Part shown: piece by piece, positions 29,369 through 37,516 of the stretch
Layout: every line of letters starts with the position of its first letter
How positions within the stretch are numbered: the first letter of the stretch is position 1
Virus record (IMG/VR): IMGVR_UViG_3300050645_000010
Coordinates: 2,234 to 66,233 of that record
Origin: a virus
Taxonomy: Duplodnaviria; Caudoviricetes
Direction: 5' to 3' (one strand)
DNA: 64,000 nt
The notes under the pieces: generated by a model
Seen by the model: the letters and a program-made list of their open reading frames with translations, nothing else
The model's database searches: none
What the model was told of the DNA's origin: nothing
Made by a program: the position numbers and the translations under genes

Positions 29369-29485
29369 GAGTTCTTCCCGCGGCGCGGCGGCAACTATAA
29401 CAACACGAGCAACGCGGGGTTGGGCTACGAGAACGTCAACAACACGCGCGGCAACACTAACATCAACAACGGCGCGCGGCCCGCT
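29369..29485 (+). ncRNA. DGR template repeat (TR), 117 bp
   Basis: 11 AAC codons and 31 adenines in the VR frame; matches VR. Confidence 0.95.
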
Positions 29486-29557
29486 CTACCACCTGCCAGA
29501 TGTTGCGCGGCTACGGCTACGCTCCCAGCGCGGGTAGAGGTAAAGGGGCTTATTTCC

Positions 29558-29585
29558 TTTGACGATGCGGGAACGCATCGTCAAA
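29558..29585 (+). other. 12-bp stem with GGAA tetraloop in the TR-RT spacer
   Basis: TTTGACGATGCG-GGAA-CGCATCGTCAAA. Confidence 0.75.
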
Positions 29586-29653
29586 AACATGTAGTGCCGC
29601 GAAAACGCCCGAAGGAGGCGACGCAGAAATGCGACGCGCGGCGAGGTGGCAAT

Positions 29654-30835
29654 ATGCGTAAGGAAACGAACGTGATCGAGAGGATAGCGGATTTTGATAA
29701 TCTGCTGAACGCGGCAAGGTTGAGCTCAAAGGGGAAGCGGTATCACAGCGAGGTTTTGAGCTATCAACAGAACATCGGCGAGAACCTTCTTACTTTGGAA
29801 AGACGGTTTTTGAACGATGAGTATGTGACGGGGCCGTATCACGAGCATTACGTATTTGTACCCCAATGGAGGCTGGTTCATATACCGCCTTTCAACGACA
29901 GAGTAGCACAGCAAGCGATATATCAGGTCATCGGACCGATTCTCGACAAGCAGTACATTTACGACAGTTACGCATGCAGGAAGGGCAAGGGATCGCTTGC
30001 CGCAGCGGACAGACTGCAATATTGGCTTCGGCAGATAAGCAGAAAACCGGACGCGGAGAAATGGCATGCTTGCAAGATGGACGTTGCGAAGTTCTTTTAC
30101 CGGATCGACCATGATAGTACGTTGTCGATATTATCCCAATATGTCGATGACCGCATATTCATGAACACGATGGAAAGGATTATTCGATGCGAGCATACGC
30201 CGTTCGGATTACCGGAGGGCAGAACATGCAGAAACACGACAAGAGAAGAGAGGTTGTTTAATGTCGGTATCCCGATAGGAAGTTTGATGAGCCAGACGGT
30301 CGCAAACATGGACATGAACGAAGTTGACCAGTATGCGAAACACGTTTTGCACATTCACTTCTATGTTCGATATATGGATGATATTGTGATACTGCACAAC
30401 GATTTGAAGCAGCTTCACGAATGGATGGAGGCAATTAAATCATTCATGTATGATCGATTGAAGTTGAAGTGCAATAGCAAGACAGGCATTGTTCAATTAT
30501 CACACGGAATTGAATTTGTCGGCTATCGCATTTGGGCAACCCATAGGCTCCTTCGGAAAAAGACAGTTCAGCACATGAAAAACAGCTTGAAGCAACTCGT
30601 TCAAGTGTATGCGCACGGAGATATTCAACTTGATTACGTGCAGCATGTGCTTTCGTCGTACTTCGGATTGTTGAAGCATTGCGACAGCTATTCGATTCGA
30701 CGATGGATTTCAGACAACATCGTTTTTTCGAGGGACGAAAAGACAAACGATGTACCAGAGTTGCAAAGCGGAGAAATTGGCTCGTTGATTCGAGATACGG
30801 AGCCGGAAGAGGGTGATTTTTGTGAGACCGCATAA
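29654..30835 (+). CDS. DGR reverse transcriptase, 393 aa
   Basis: SD GAGGTGG; FNDRVAQQA, SYACRKGKG, MDVAKFFYRIDH, GIPIGSLMSQ, YVRYMDD, EFVGYRI. Confidence 0.97.
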   Translation: MRKETNVIERIADFDNLLNAARLSSKGKRYHSEVLSYQQNIGENLLTLERRFLNDEYVTGPYHEHYVFVPQWRLVHIPPFNDRVAQQAIYQVIGPILDKQYIYDSYACRKGKGSLAAADRLQYWLRQISRKPDAEKWHACKMDVAKFFYRIDHDSTLSILSQYVDDRIFMNTMERIIRCEHTPFGLPEGRTCRNTTREERLFNVGIPIGSLMSQTVANMDMNEVDQYAKHVLHIHFYVRYMDDIVILHNDLKQLHEWMEAIKSFMYDRLKLKCNSKTGIVQLSHGIEFVGYRIWATHRLLRKKTVQHMKNSLKQLVQVYAHGDIQLDYVQHVLSSYFGLLKHCDSYSIRRWISDNIVFSRDEKTNDVPELQSGEIGSLIRDTEPEEGDFCETA

Positions 30836-31058
30836 GCTGAAAACAAATTCGCCGCGAGATCAGCCCGGCAAACGGTTTTATGCTATTACGGTAAGCGAAG
30901 ATGGGTTAGTGGACGTGTACCTTTTCCCAGCCGGAAGCAACCCAACGCCTATCGCGCGCGTTGTTCGTGGCATTGAACCACAAAACGACCTCGAAACCGA
31001 CATACGCGCCCGATTCGATGCGCGGTGCGCGAGCGGAGAAGCGATTACGATATTTTGA
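30813..31058 (+). CDS. Small hypothetical protein overlapping the RT 3' end
   Basis: GTG start at 30813 or 30822 after GAGGGTG; 78-81 aa. Confidence 0.6.
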   Translation: MIFVRPHKLKTNSPRDQPGKRFYAITVSEDGLVDVYLFPAGSNPTPIARVVRGIEPQNDLETDIRARFDARCASGEAITIF

Positions 31059-31105
31059 TGAACCGGGCGCATGGGCGCCATTTTTCGTTGGAAAGGAGAG
31101 TGTCT

Positions 31106-32884
31106 ATGAACATCGCGGAAGTAAAGGAACAGGCGGTATTAGCCGCACTCGCATGCGTTGGCTTGAAGTATTCCCAGCCCAAACGCCTTCAAAAGGATTA
31201 CCGAGATTGCTCTTCGCTGGTTGCGCGGGCGTTCGGCGCGGCGGGGTATGAATGGGGATGCAACGGCAGACCGGTTCCTCGCTCGTTGGAGGAAGTATAC
31301 GAGGATGGGTTTGAATTGTTGTGGCCCGCCAGCTATGCGGACATCGGCAAGAAACTCCCTACCACAAAGTCGATTCGTGTTTCGGCTGATCCCCAGCGCG
31401 GCGATTTGCTGTTCGCTGCTACAAAGGGAACCGCATCAACACGCAAGAACAAAATCGAACACGTGGTCATGTTGACAAGCCCCACTCGGATCGTACACGC
31501 GCGCGGCACGGCATACGGGGTGCGCGAAGACAATGTAAGCCTCTATGACGCGAAGATTTGCGCTTTAACGCGCTTTAATCCTGCTTGCGACCTTGTGCGC
31601 GGGCACATCGGAAACCGCGTCAAGGCATTGCAAACCGCGTTGAATAAGGCGGGCGCGGCCCTCGCGATCGATCGCGATTTTGGCCCGGCAACCGAGGCGG
31701 CAGTCAAGAAGTTTCAGTCGGTGAACGGTTTGCCGGTGACGGGCCGGGGCGATGCGGCTACCCGGAAGGCGTTGGGCATTACGGAGGATTGGACAACCAC
31801 CAGACCGACGCTCAAACGCGGCAGCAGCGGGAACTATGTCAAGGAATTGCAAACGCTGCTGAACAAAGTCGGCGGGTATAGCCTCGAAGTCGATGGAGAT
31901 TTCGGGCCGCTGACAAATGCGGCGTTGCTTGATTATCAGGCGAAACAGGGCATAAACGACGATGAGGTTTGCGGGCCTGTCACATGGGCGCACCTGCTGG
32001 GCGAGACGGACGATGGAGAGAAACCGGCAGAGGATGATTTTTACATCAAGGTCATCGCGGCAAAGTCGGCGAACGTGCGCGTTGCACCCGGCACCGGCGC
32101 AAAAAGCCGAGGCATCGTACTGAAAGGTGCGATTCTTAGGGCGACCGGATCGGTGAAGGTGATCGACGGGACGAAGTGGTACAACGTTATTTACGACGGC
32201 GAATCGTGCTGGATATCTGGCAAGATGGCAGAGCTCCATGCGGGTTCTGTTGAAACCCCGGATGAGAACGCGCCGGTCGCGTATGAGGTCAAAGGGAAGA
32301 TACCCGACATCAGCAAGTGGAATGGCAAGATCAACTTCGCGAAAATGGCGGCGGAAGCTGATTTCGTGATTGCTCGGGGCTTGTGCCGCATCACAAAAGA
32401 TGTGATGATTGACACTTATGCCAAGGACATGACGCAGAACAAGATACCGTTCGGCGTTTACAACTTCACCTACGCGGCAACGATTGCGGAAGCCAAGAGA
32501 GACGCGAAGCTTTTCTTCGAGGCAACGCAAGAGTACAAGCCATTGTACTACGTACTGGACGCGGAGGTTTCGTCGGTCACCAAGGAAATCATTGTGGCAT
32601 GGATCGAAACCATACGCAGCCTCACGAGCGCGCCGGTTGGATGTTATGTCGCGCATCACATGTACGCAAAGTACAAGTACAAGGAAATCGCCCATTTGCT
32701 TGATTTCACATGGGTTCCCCGGTACGGGAAGAATTCGGGCGCGCCTGAGACGAAGCCCAGCTACCCGTGCGACCTGTGGCAATTTACAAGTATGGGCAAG
32801 ATCGCTGGTATACCTGGGCGCGTTGACCTCAACATGATCATTGGTCAAGGGAAGAATGTGGAGTGGTTCAGGGGTGAAAAATGA
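31106..32884 (+). CDS. Modular endolysin: NlpC/P60 - 2x PG-binding - SH3 - GH25 muramidase
   Basis: YRDCSSLV plus EHV (C40 Cys/His), DFGPATEAAVKKFQ and DFGPLTNAALLDYQ, ANVRVAPG...WY, DISKWNG...LDAE...LWQFTS...VDLN. Confidence 0.88.
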   Translation: MNIAEVKEQAVLAALACVGLKYSQPKRLQKDYRDCSSLVARAFGAAGYEWGCNGRPVPRSLEEVYEDGFELLWPASYADIGKKLPTTKSIRVSADPQRGDLLFAATKGTASTRKNKIEHVVMLTSPTRIVHARGTAYGVREDNVSLYDAKICALTRFNPACDLVRGHIGNRVKALQTALNKAGAALAIDRDFGPATEAAVKKFQSVNGLPVTGRGDAATRKALGITEDWTTTRPTLKRGSSGNYVKELQTLLNKVGGYSLEVDGDFGPLTNAALLDYQAKQGINDDEVCGPVTWAHLLGETDDGEKPAEDDFYIKVIAAKSANVRVAPGTGAKSRGIVLKGAILRATGSVKVIDGTKWYNVIYDGESCWISGKMAELHAGSVETPDENAPVAYEVKGKIPDISKWNGKINFAKMAAEADFVIARGLCRITKDVMIDTYAKDMTQNKIPFGVYNFTYAATIAEAKRDAKLFFEATQEYKPLYYVLDAEVSSVTKEIIVAWIETIRSLTSAPVGCYVAHHMYAKYKYKEIAHLLDFTWVPRYGKNSGAPETKPSYPCDLWQFTSMGKIAGIPGRVDLNMIIGQGKNVEWFRGEK

Positions 32885-33219
32885 TGGCCCTTACTGGATT
32901 TGGCATTCATTTGACATTGACCGAATTGCTCATGATCGGAATCCTGCTGGTTTTGGTGTCGTGGTTCATCGTTTTTAAGCGGTGGTCAGCGCGGATTGAA
33001 CGGCAGATGCGACAACACGCAGCGATCGAACATGCACACATTTACGCGCAACAAGCGGAGCGAATGTTTCGGGTCGGACCCAAGAACGACGGTGCAAAGT
33101 TGGAATACATCATTGAATCAATGGATATTCCCCCTGAAAAAAACGACGTGGCGACAGCCGCGTTGTTTTTTGTGCAGAGATCGACCGAGCCGTTCACGCA
33201 ATGCAGAAAGGAGGATTAG
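32881..33219 (+). CDS. Membrane protein in lysis cassette
   Basis: N-terminal hydrophobic helix LLMIGILLVLVSWFIVF. Confidence 0.55.
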   Translation: MMALTGFGIHLTLTELLMIGILLVLVSWFIVFKRWSARIERQMRQHAAIEHAHIYAQQAERMFRVGPKNDGAKLEYIIESMDIPPEKNDVATAALFFVQRSTEPFTQCRKED

Positions 33220-33225
33220 CTGTGG

Positions 33226-33642
33226 ATGGGAGAAGCGATAACGTCGTGGGGCAAATACGCTAGTTCGATTTCTGCGATAATTGCATTGCTGACTTTGGTT
33301 TTGTGGAAGCCGATTCAGAATGCACGAAAGAGGCATAAGCAGAAGAAAGCCGACGAAGAGGAATTTCGCAAGAAGGTTCTGCACGATCTCGACGGCATAA
33401 AAAGCGTTGTAGAGAGCACGCGCGATGATGTTGCGGATTTACAATGCGACAGGTTGAATCAGGCGCACGATTACTGGATTGAAAGAGGATATTGCCCCAC
33501 GGACACAAAGAACGTGCTTTGCAAGATGTACAAAAGTTACCACGGCAAGGACCGCAATCACCTTACGGTGCGGTACGAAGAAGACATATTGGAGCTGCCC
33601 AACGAGCCGCAGGAGCGGTTCACGAAAGGAGAAACGGCATGA
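33226..33642 (+). CDS. Holin-associated membrane protein
   Basis: One TM helix, coiled coil, LQCDRLNQAHDYWIERGYC motif. Confidence 0.6.
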   Translation: MGEAITSWGKYASSISAIIALLTLVLWKPIQNARKRHKQKKADEEEFRKKVLHDLDGIKSVVESTRDDVADLQCDRLNQAHDYWIERGYCPTDTKNVLCKMYKSYHGKDRNHLTVRYEEDILELPNEPQERFTKGETA

Positions 33643-34025
33643 ACATTGACCTTACTCCCATTTTCCAAGCAATCATCGCTTTGCTGGCGGCGCTTGTCAC
33701 ATACAAGCTCATCCCGTGGATCAAGAGCAAAACCACGCAGGAGCAGCAGAAAAGTTTGCTCGCCACGGTGAACATCCTCGTGTTCGCGGCGGAACAATTG
33801 TACGGGGCCGGGAAAGGCCCGGAGAAGTTGCAGTACGTCAAGGACAAGCTCGGGGAACGCGGTTACGACATCGATATTGAGGCGATCGAAGCGGCGGTGA
33901 AGGATTTGAATTTGCAGCAAGCGTTCACCTCAACCACAGGGATCACGGTTTACACCTCCGGCGAAGCCGAGATTGAAGACGAAGACGAAGAACCAAAGCA
34001 GAGCGGCGACGGCGCGGATGCGTAG
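33639..34025 (+). CDS. Holin (LL-H family-like)
   Basis: IDLTPIFQAIIALLAALVTYKLIPWIK...FAAEQLYG...IEAAV. Confidence 0.8.
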   Translation: MNIDLTPIFQAIIALLAALVTYKLIPWIKSKTTQEQQKSLLATVNILVFAAEQLYGAGKGPEKLQYVKDKLGERGYDIDIEAIEAAVKDLNLQQAFTSTTGITVYTSGEAEIEDEDEEPKQSGDGADA

Positions 34026-34051
34026 CGCCGTCGCCAACAAGTGAAGACGAT

Positions 34052-34092
34052 GCGCCCCTTTGGTCGATCAGACCGGAGGGGCGCCTTATTGT
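34052..34092 (+). terminator. Intrinsic terminator ending the late operon
   Basis: GCGCCCCTTTGGTC-GATCA-GACCGGAGGGGCGC (two G-U pairs) followed by a T-rich tract. Confidence 0.7.
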
Positions 34093-34122
34093 TTATTTCA
34101 TGTTAAATCCCAAGGTTTCCTG

Positions 34123-34160
34123 TTGACTTCGATACTCTAAAGTATTATAATCAAAATCAG
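34123..34160 (+). promoter_or_regulatory. sigmaA-type promoter with ATACT-N4-AGTAT operator in the spacer (copy 1)
   Basis: TTGACT 34123-28, 17-bp spacer, TATAAT 34146-51; 35/38 identical to 62407-62444. Confidence 0.85.
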
Positions 34161-34181
34161 AAAGAGGACAGCAAGGAGGGC

Positions 34182-34718
34182 ATGACAGTGAGCAAATACG
34201 ATTCCATCGAAACCGCCAAAGACCTCGTTCGGGAGGTCGCCGCCCACGGATTGAGCACGGCGCAGGAAGACATTAACCGGGCGCAGGACATCTTCGGACG
34301 TTCAACCATCGACGAACTTGCCGCTCTCGCGAACGACATCGGGCGCAACAACGCGAACGGCGAGCCTGACCCCAAGGGTTCGTGGAGCAGCAGCCGCAAG
34401 CCGACGCAGGAAACCTTCTACTTCATCGCTTTCAACATTTGGCATTGGAGCGACGCCGTGAGCTTCTTCAATGAACATACCGGGACCGATAAGGCCGAGG
34501 CCCGCCGCCTCGCCAAAGAAAACAAGGAACTTTCGACGGAATTGGAAGCCGTTTCTGGCGACCGCGATACGTGGATGCAGCGCGCAAACCTCAGCGCCGA
34601 ACGCGCCGTGGCGCGTGCGAATGAAGTTGACAGTCTCAACGCCAAGCTCCGAGAGAAGGACGCCGAGATCATGGCCCTGAAAGCCAAGCTCTATGACATG
34701 ATGATGGTTGGGGCATAG
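34182..34718 (+). CDS. Hypothetical protein with C-terminal coiled coil
   Basis: SD AAGGAGG directly downstream of the promoter. Confidence 0.8.
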   Translation: MTVSKYDSIETAKDLVREVAAHGLSTAQEDINRAQDIFGRSTIDELAALANDIGRNNANGEPDPKGSWSSSRKPTQETFYFIAFNIWHWSDAVSFFNEHTGTDKAEARRLAKENKELSTELEAVSGDRDTWMQRANLSAERAVARANEVDSLNAKLREKDAEIMALKAKLYDMMMVGA

Positions 34719-34771
34719 CCCCAAACGACAAGCAAAGGGGCGGCTTTCGCCGCCCCGGAAAGGGGTATGGC

Positions 34772-35119
34772 ATGTTGCAGAAAAAGACGTTGCCAGCGAA
34801 GTATCAAGTACTCACAGGCATGCTCATCAACGCACGCGAAAAGGCGGCGGCGGTGCTTGAAACGGAGGACGGCGGGACGGCGAACTTTGATGCGCTCGAA
34901 ATCAAGCTCCCAAGGTGGCGCGAGGACTACGTGAAGGAGGCGGCAGAAAGGGCGGGTTTTTCGGTTTTCACGCATGAGTATTGGGGAAGCAAGTGGTTCG
35001 TTTTCGGGTGCAGCACCGAAGGATGTCAAGGGAATGCGCGAACGCGCCATGCTGAAGCGATGGCCAAGCTCTTGAAGGACTTCGGATACGAAGCATCGGT
35101 TTATTACCAGATGGATTGA
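34772..35119 (+). CDS. Hypothetical protein (DGGTANFD...QGNARTR...YYQMD)
   Basis: 115-aa ORF in the same unit, after a GGGGCGGC-TTTC-GCCGCCCC hairpin (34737-34756). Confidence 0.7.
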   Translation: MLQKKTLPAKYQVLTGMLINAREKAAAVLETEDGGTANFDALEIKLPRWREDYVKEAAERAGFSVFTHEYWGSKWFVFGCSTEGCQGNARTRHAEAMAKLLKDFGYEASVYYQMD

Positions 35120-35218
35120 ATAGGCGTAGAGGGCATTTAAGAGCGTTAAAGGCGGTTCTGGAATATGGGCATTGACTTATTCTTTTTGATGTGGTACTGC
35201 TAAGCAGGAGGCGGTTAT

Positions 35219-35896
35219 ATGGGTTTCGAGGATTTGACGGGGAAAAGGTTTGGGCGGCTGGTGGCGCTATATTGTTGCGACAAACTCATGTCGCGCCGAT
35301 ATTGGATGTGCGAATGCCAATGCGGGAACCGCAAGCCTGTTCGTGAGGATTCGTTGAAGACCGGCAGAACAATTTCTTGCGGGTGCGCGGCACACGACGC
35401 AGCGGCTAAAATGGCAGCGGCGCAGTTTACCACACATGGCATGACAAATACCAGAATATATCGAATATGGCGCGGGATGAAAGCACGGTGTTATTGCAAA
35501 AGCGGGTCAAGCTACGGCATGTATGGCGCAAAGGGTATCACCGTTTGCGATGAATGGCGCAGAAGCTTCGAGTGTTTTTACGAATGGGCAATGGCAAACG
35601 GATATGCGGACGATCTAAGCATAGATCGCATTGACGGACGCAAGGGGTATTACCCGGAGAATTGCAGATGGGCAACAAGCAAGGAGCAAAGAGAGAATCA
35701 GCCACAGGTTGAAATTACGTTTGGCGGGATCACCCGCACTTTACAGGAATGGGAGGGCATCACGGGCATCAAGTACGCGACGCTGCTTTGGAGGTATCAT
35801 CAAGGTTGGAAGCCGGAACAGATTTTGGACAAGCGCGATTTTTCAGAGGACACACGGTTTTCAACCGATCGGAACACGGTATATCAGGCGGAATAA
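35219..35896 (+). CDS. HNH-type homing endonuclease, copy 1
   Basis: DLTGKRFGRL, WMCECQCG, SCGC, YGAKGITVCDEW, SIDRID...YYPENCRWAT. Confidence 0.85.
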   Translation: MGFEDLTGKRFGRLVALYCCDKLMSRRYWMCECQCGNRKPVREDSLKTGRTISCGCAAHDAAAKMAAAQFTTHGMTNTRIYRIWRGMKARCYCKSGSSYGMYGAKGITVCDEWRRSFECFYEWAMANGYADDLSIDRIDGRKGYYPENCRWATSKEQRENQPQVEITFGGITRTLQEWEGITGIKYATLLWRYHQGWKPEQILDKRDFSEDTRFSTDRNTVYQAE

Positions 35897-35930
35897 AAAC
35901 GTGGTAGTGGCTACCACGTTTTTACCACGC
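35894..35930. repeat. Putative integrase arm-type sites, left arm
   Basis: TACCACG at 35912 and 35923; inverted copy at 35900-35906. Confidence 0.7.
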
Positions 35931-36050
35931 TTGACGCGAACGGAATGAACTGGATGGACAAATCAAGGCAGTTGCCGAGATGACGGAGCGGCGCGACAAG
36001 ATGCAGAAGGAGCACAGAATGCCCGTAATTCAAAGGTTTTTAGACAATTA

Positions 36051-36087
36051 AAGGCCCCCTGTGAAGCCTTCGCTTCAAGGGGGCCTT
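36051..36087 (-). terminator. Stem-loop immediately 3' of the tRNA CCA end
   Basis: AAGGCCCCCT-G-TGAAGC-CTTC-GCTTCA-AGGGGGCCTT. Confidence 0.75.
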
Positions 36088-36131
36088 GGTCGAGGTGACA
36101 GGATTTGAACCTGCGACCTTTTGGTCCCGAA
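36087..36131 (-). other. attP core: 3' half of tRNA-Pro(CGG), from the anticodon loop to CCA
   Basis: Minus strand TTCGGGA-CCAAA-AGGTC-GCAGG-TTCAAAT-CCTGT-CACCTCG-ACCA; the 5' half is absent. Confidence 0.88.
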
Positions 36132-36184
36132 ACACATAGTCATAGGTGCATATTACTCAAATAACTGTGTATTCGGTGAATATT

Positions 36185-36255
36185 CGTGGTAAATTTGGTT
36201 CGGAACCGCATATTCATTCATCATCGCGATTTGCCCTACCACGTTTTTACCACGC
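36185..36255. repeat. Putative integrase arm-type sites, right arm
   Basis: CTACCACGTTTTTACCACGC at 36236-36255 is identical to 35911-35930; inverted CGTGGTA at 36185-36191. Confidence 0.7.
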
Positions 36256-36264
36256 AGGACCAAA

Positions 36265-37515
36265 TTATAGCTGAATTTCGTCATCTACGATGCAGTCGGC
36301 ATACTCATTGTAGTCGGTTTTAAACCATGCGTCAAGGTAGTTTGTGAGCAGCGCGCGGGAGGTATTTTCGCGTTCTTCGGAAAGGTGGGTGTATAGGTCA
36401 AGCGTCATGCGAATGTCGGCGTGGCCAAGGTAGTATTGCGCGGCTTTGACGGGCACGCCCGCGTCATACAAAGCGGTTGCGAAAGTATGGCGGAGATCAT
36501 GCGCCCTCGTCGAGAAAATGGTATACTCGCGCCCTTCTTTTTTCGCCTTTTCAATTTTCTTTTCAAGGGATTCCCTTCGTCCCTTTTGCTTTATGGGTTC
36601 ATTGTTCAAGATGCGCTGCATGGCAAGATTGAAGCCGTCCCATCCCCGCTCAAAGGCAGAGAGGGATAGTTGCTTGCCCTTCGCCGACACGCAGACACGG
36701 CCAATGCGTTGTTCGGACGGCACGGATTTGAGCGCGTCATAGAGCGGCTGGCAGATCGGCAACACGCGAATTCCTGCGCTGGTTTTGGTTCGGGGTTTTA
36801 CGGCAGTTTGGTTTTTCTTGACCACGGCGGCTTCCCTAACGAAGATTCGGCGCTTTTCAATATCGATATTTGACCAGTTCAGAGCGATCATTTCGCCCCG
36901 GCGTAGTCCACACAGCAACATCAACATAGCCCAAACGCCGGAGCGGTGTTCGTGCCAGTGTTCAAGGATGCAATCGGATTCCCAGCGATCAAGCGCCCGG
37001 TGCGAACCATCGGTCCCTTCGGGCATTGCAAGCTCTTCGGCGGGATTATCGGGGATGATTTTGTTGCGGCGCGCTTTCTTGAATACCTGCACTATGACGG
37101 CGTAGTATTTTTCGATGGTTGACGCCGACATATCAGCAATCGAATCAAGTTCTTCCTGTAAATCGGATTCATGTATGGACTTTATCAGGCGATCGCCAAG
37201 AGCCTTTTTTAAGCGGTTTATAGGCACTTTATACCCCGTTTCATAGTCGGGGTTGACCTTTGTTTTATAACGGGCATACCATTCATCAACCCATTCAGAG
37301 ACGGTCATTGTTTCGCGGTTGGCGGCAATGCCGAGTTTGCGGATGCGTTTGTATTCGTCGCGGTTGAAACTCGCTTCCTCGCGAGTATGCCCATAGAAGA
37401 ATTTTCGATTGGGTGAGCCGTCAGGTTTACGACCGTCAGTCCATGAGACTTGAATCAGGCCGTCAGGACGTTCGCCTTTGCGCTTCCTCTTTTTTTGCGG
37501 AGCATCAGAGTTCAT
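36265..37515 (-). CDS. int: Tyrosine integrase
   Basis: GLRRGE (R), HDLRH (HxxR), LGH and LYTH (H, Y). Confidence 0.95.
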   Translation of the reverse strand: MNSDAPQKKRKRKGERPDGLIQVSWTDGRKPDGSPNRKFFYGHTREEASFNRDEYKRIRKLGIAANRETMTVSEWVDEWYARYKTKVNPDYETGYKVPINRLKKALGDRLIKSIHESDLQEELDSIADMSASTIEKYYAVIVQVFKKARRNKIIPDNPAEELAMPEGTDGSHRALDRWESDCILEHWHEHRSGVWAMLMLLCGLRRGEMIALNWSNIDIEKRRIFVREAAVVKKNQTAVKPRTKTSAGIRVLPICQPLYDALKSVPSEQRIGRVCVSAKGKQLSLSAFERGWDGFNLAMQRILNNEPIKQKGRRESLEKKIEKAKKEGREYTIFSTRAHDLRHTFATALYDAGVPVKAAQYYLGHADIRMTLDLYTHLSEERENTSRALLTNYLDAWFKTDYNEYADCIVDDEIQL

Positions 37516-37516
37516 T

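Larger units (their letters stand above)
28738..30835 (+). mobile_element. Diversity-generating retroelement cassette (VR-hairpin-avd-TR-RT)
   Basis: All canonical parts present in order. Confidence 0.97.

Noticed and set aside
29315-29653. ORF-track 506-aa RT that includes TR in frame
   Set aside because: The 29315 start lies inside avd with no SD; RT homology and a good SD begin at 29654. TR is stop-free in this frame by nature, so the open frame is weak evidence of a fusion.
35162-35200. Promoter for HNH copy 1 with a possible CI half-site (AATATGGG before TTGACT-17-TACTGC)
   Set aside because: Poor -10 and only a partial operator match; not enough support.
36087-36131. Functional tRNA gene
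   Set aside because: Only the 3' half is present; bases 5' of the anticodon loop do not pair with CCAAA and there is no D-arm or 5' acceptor strand.
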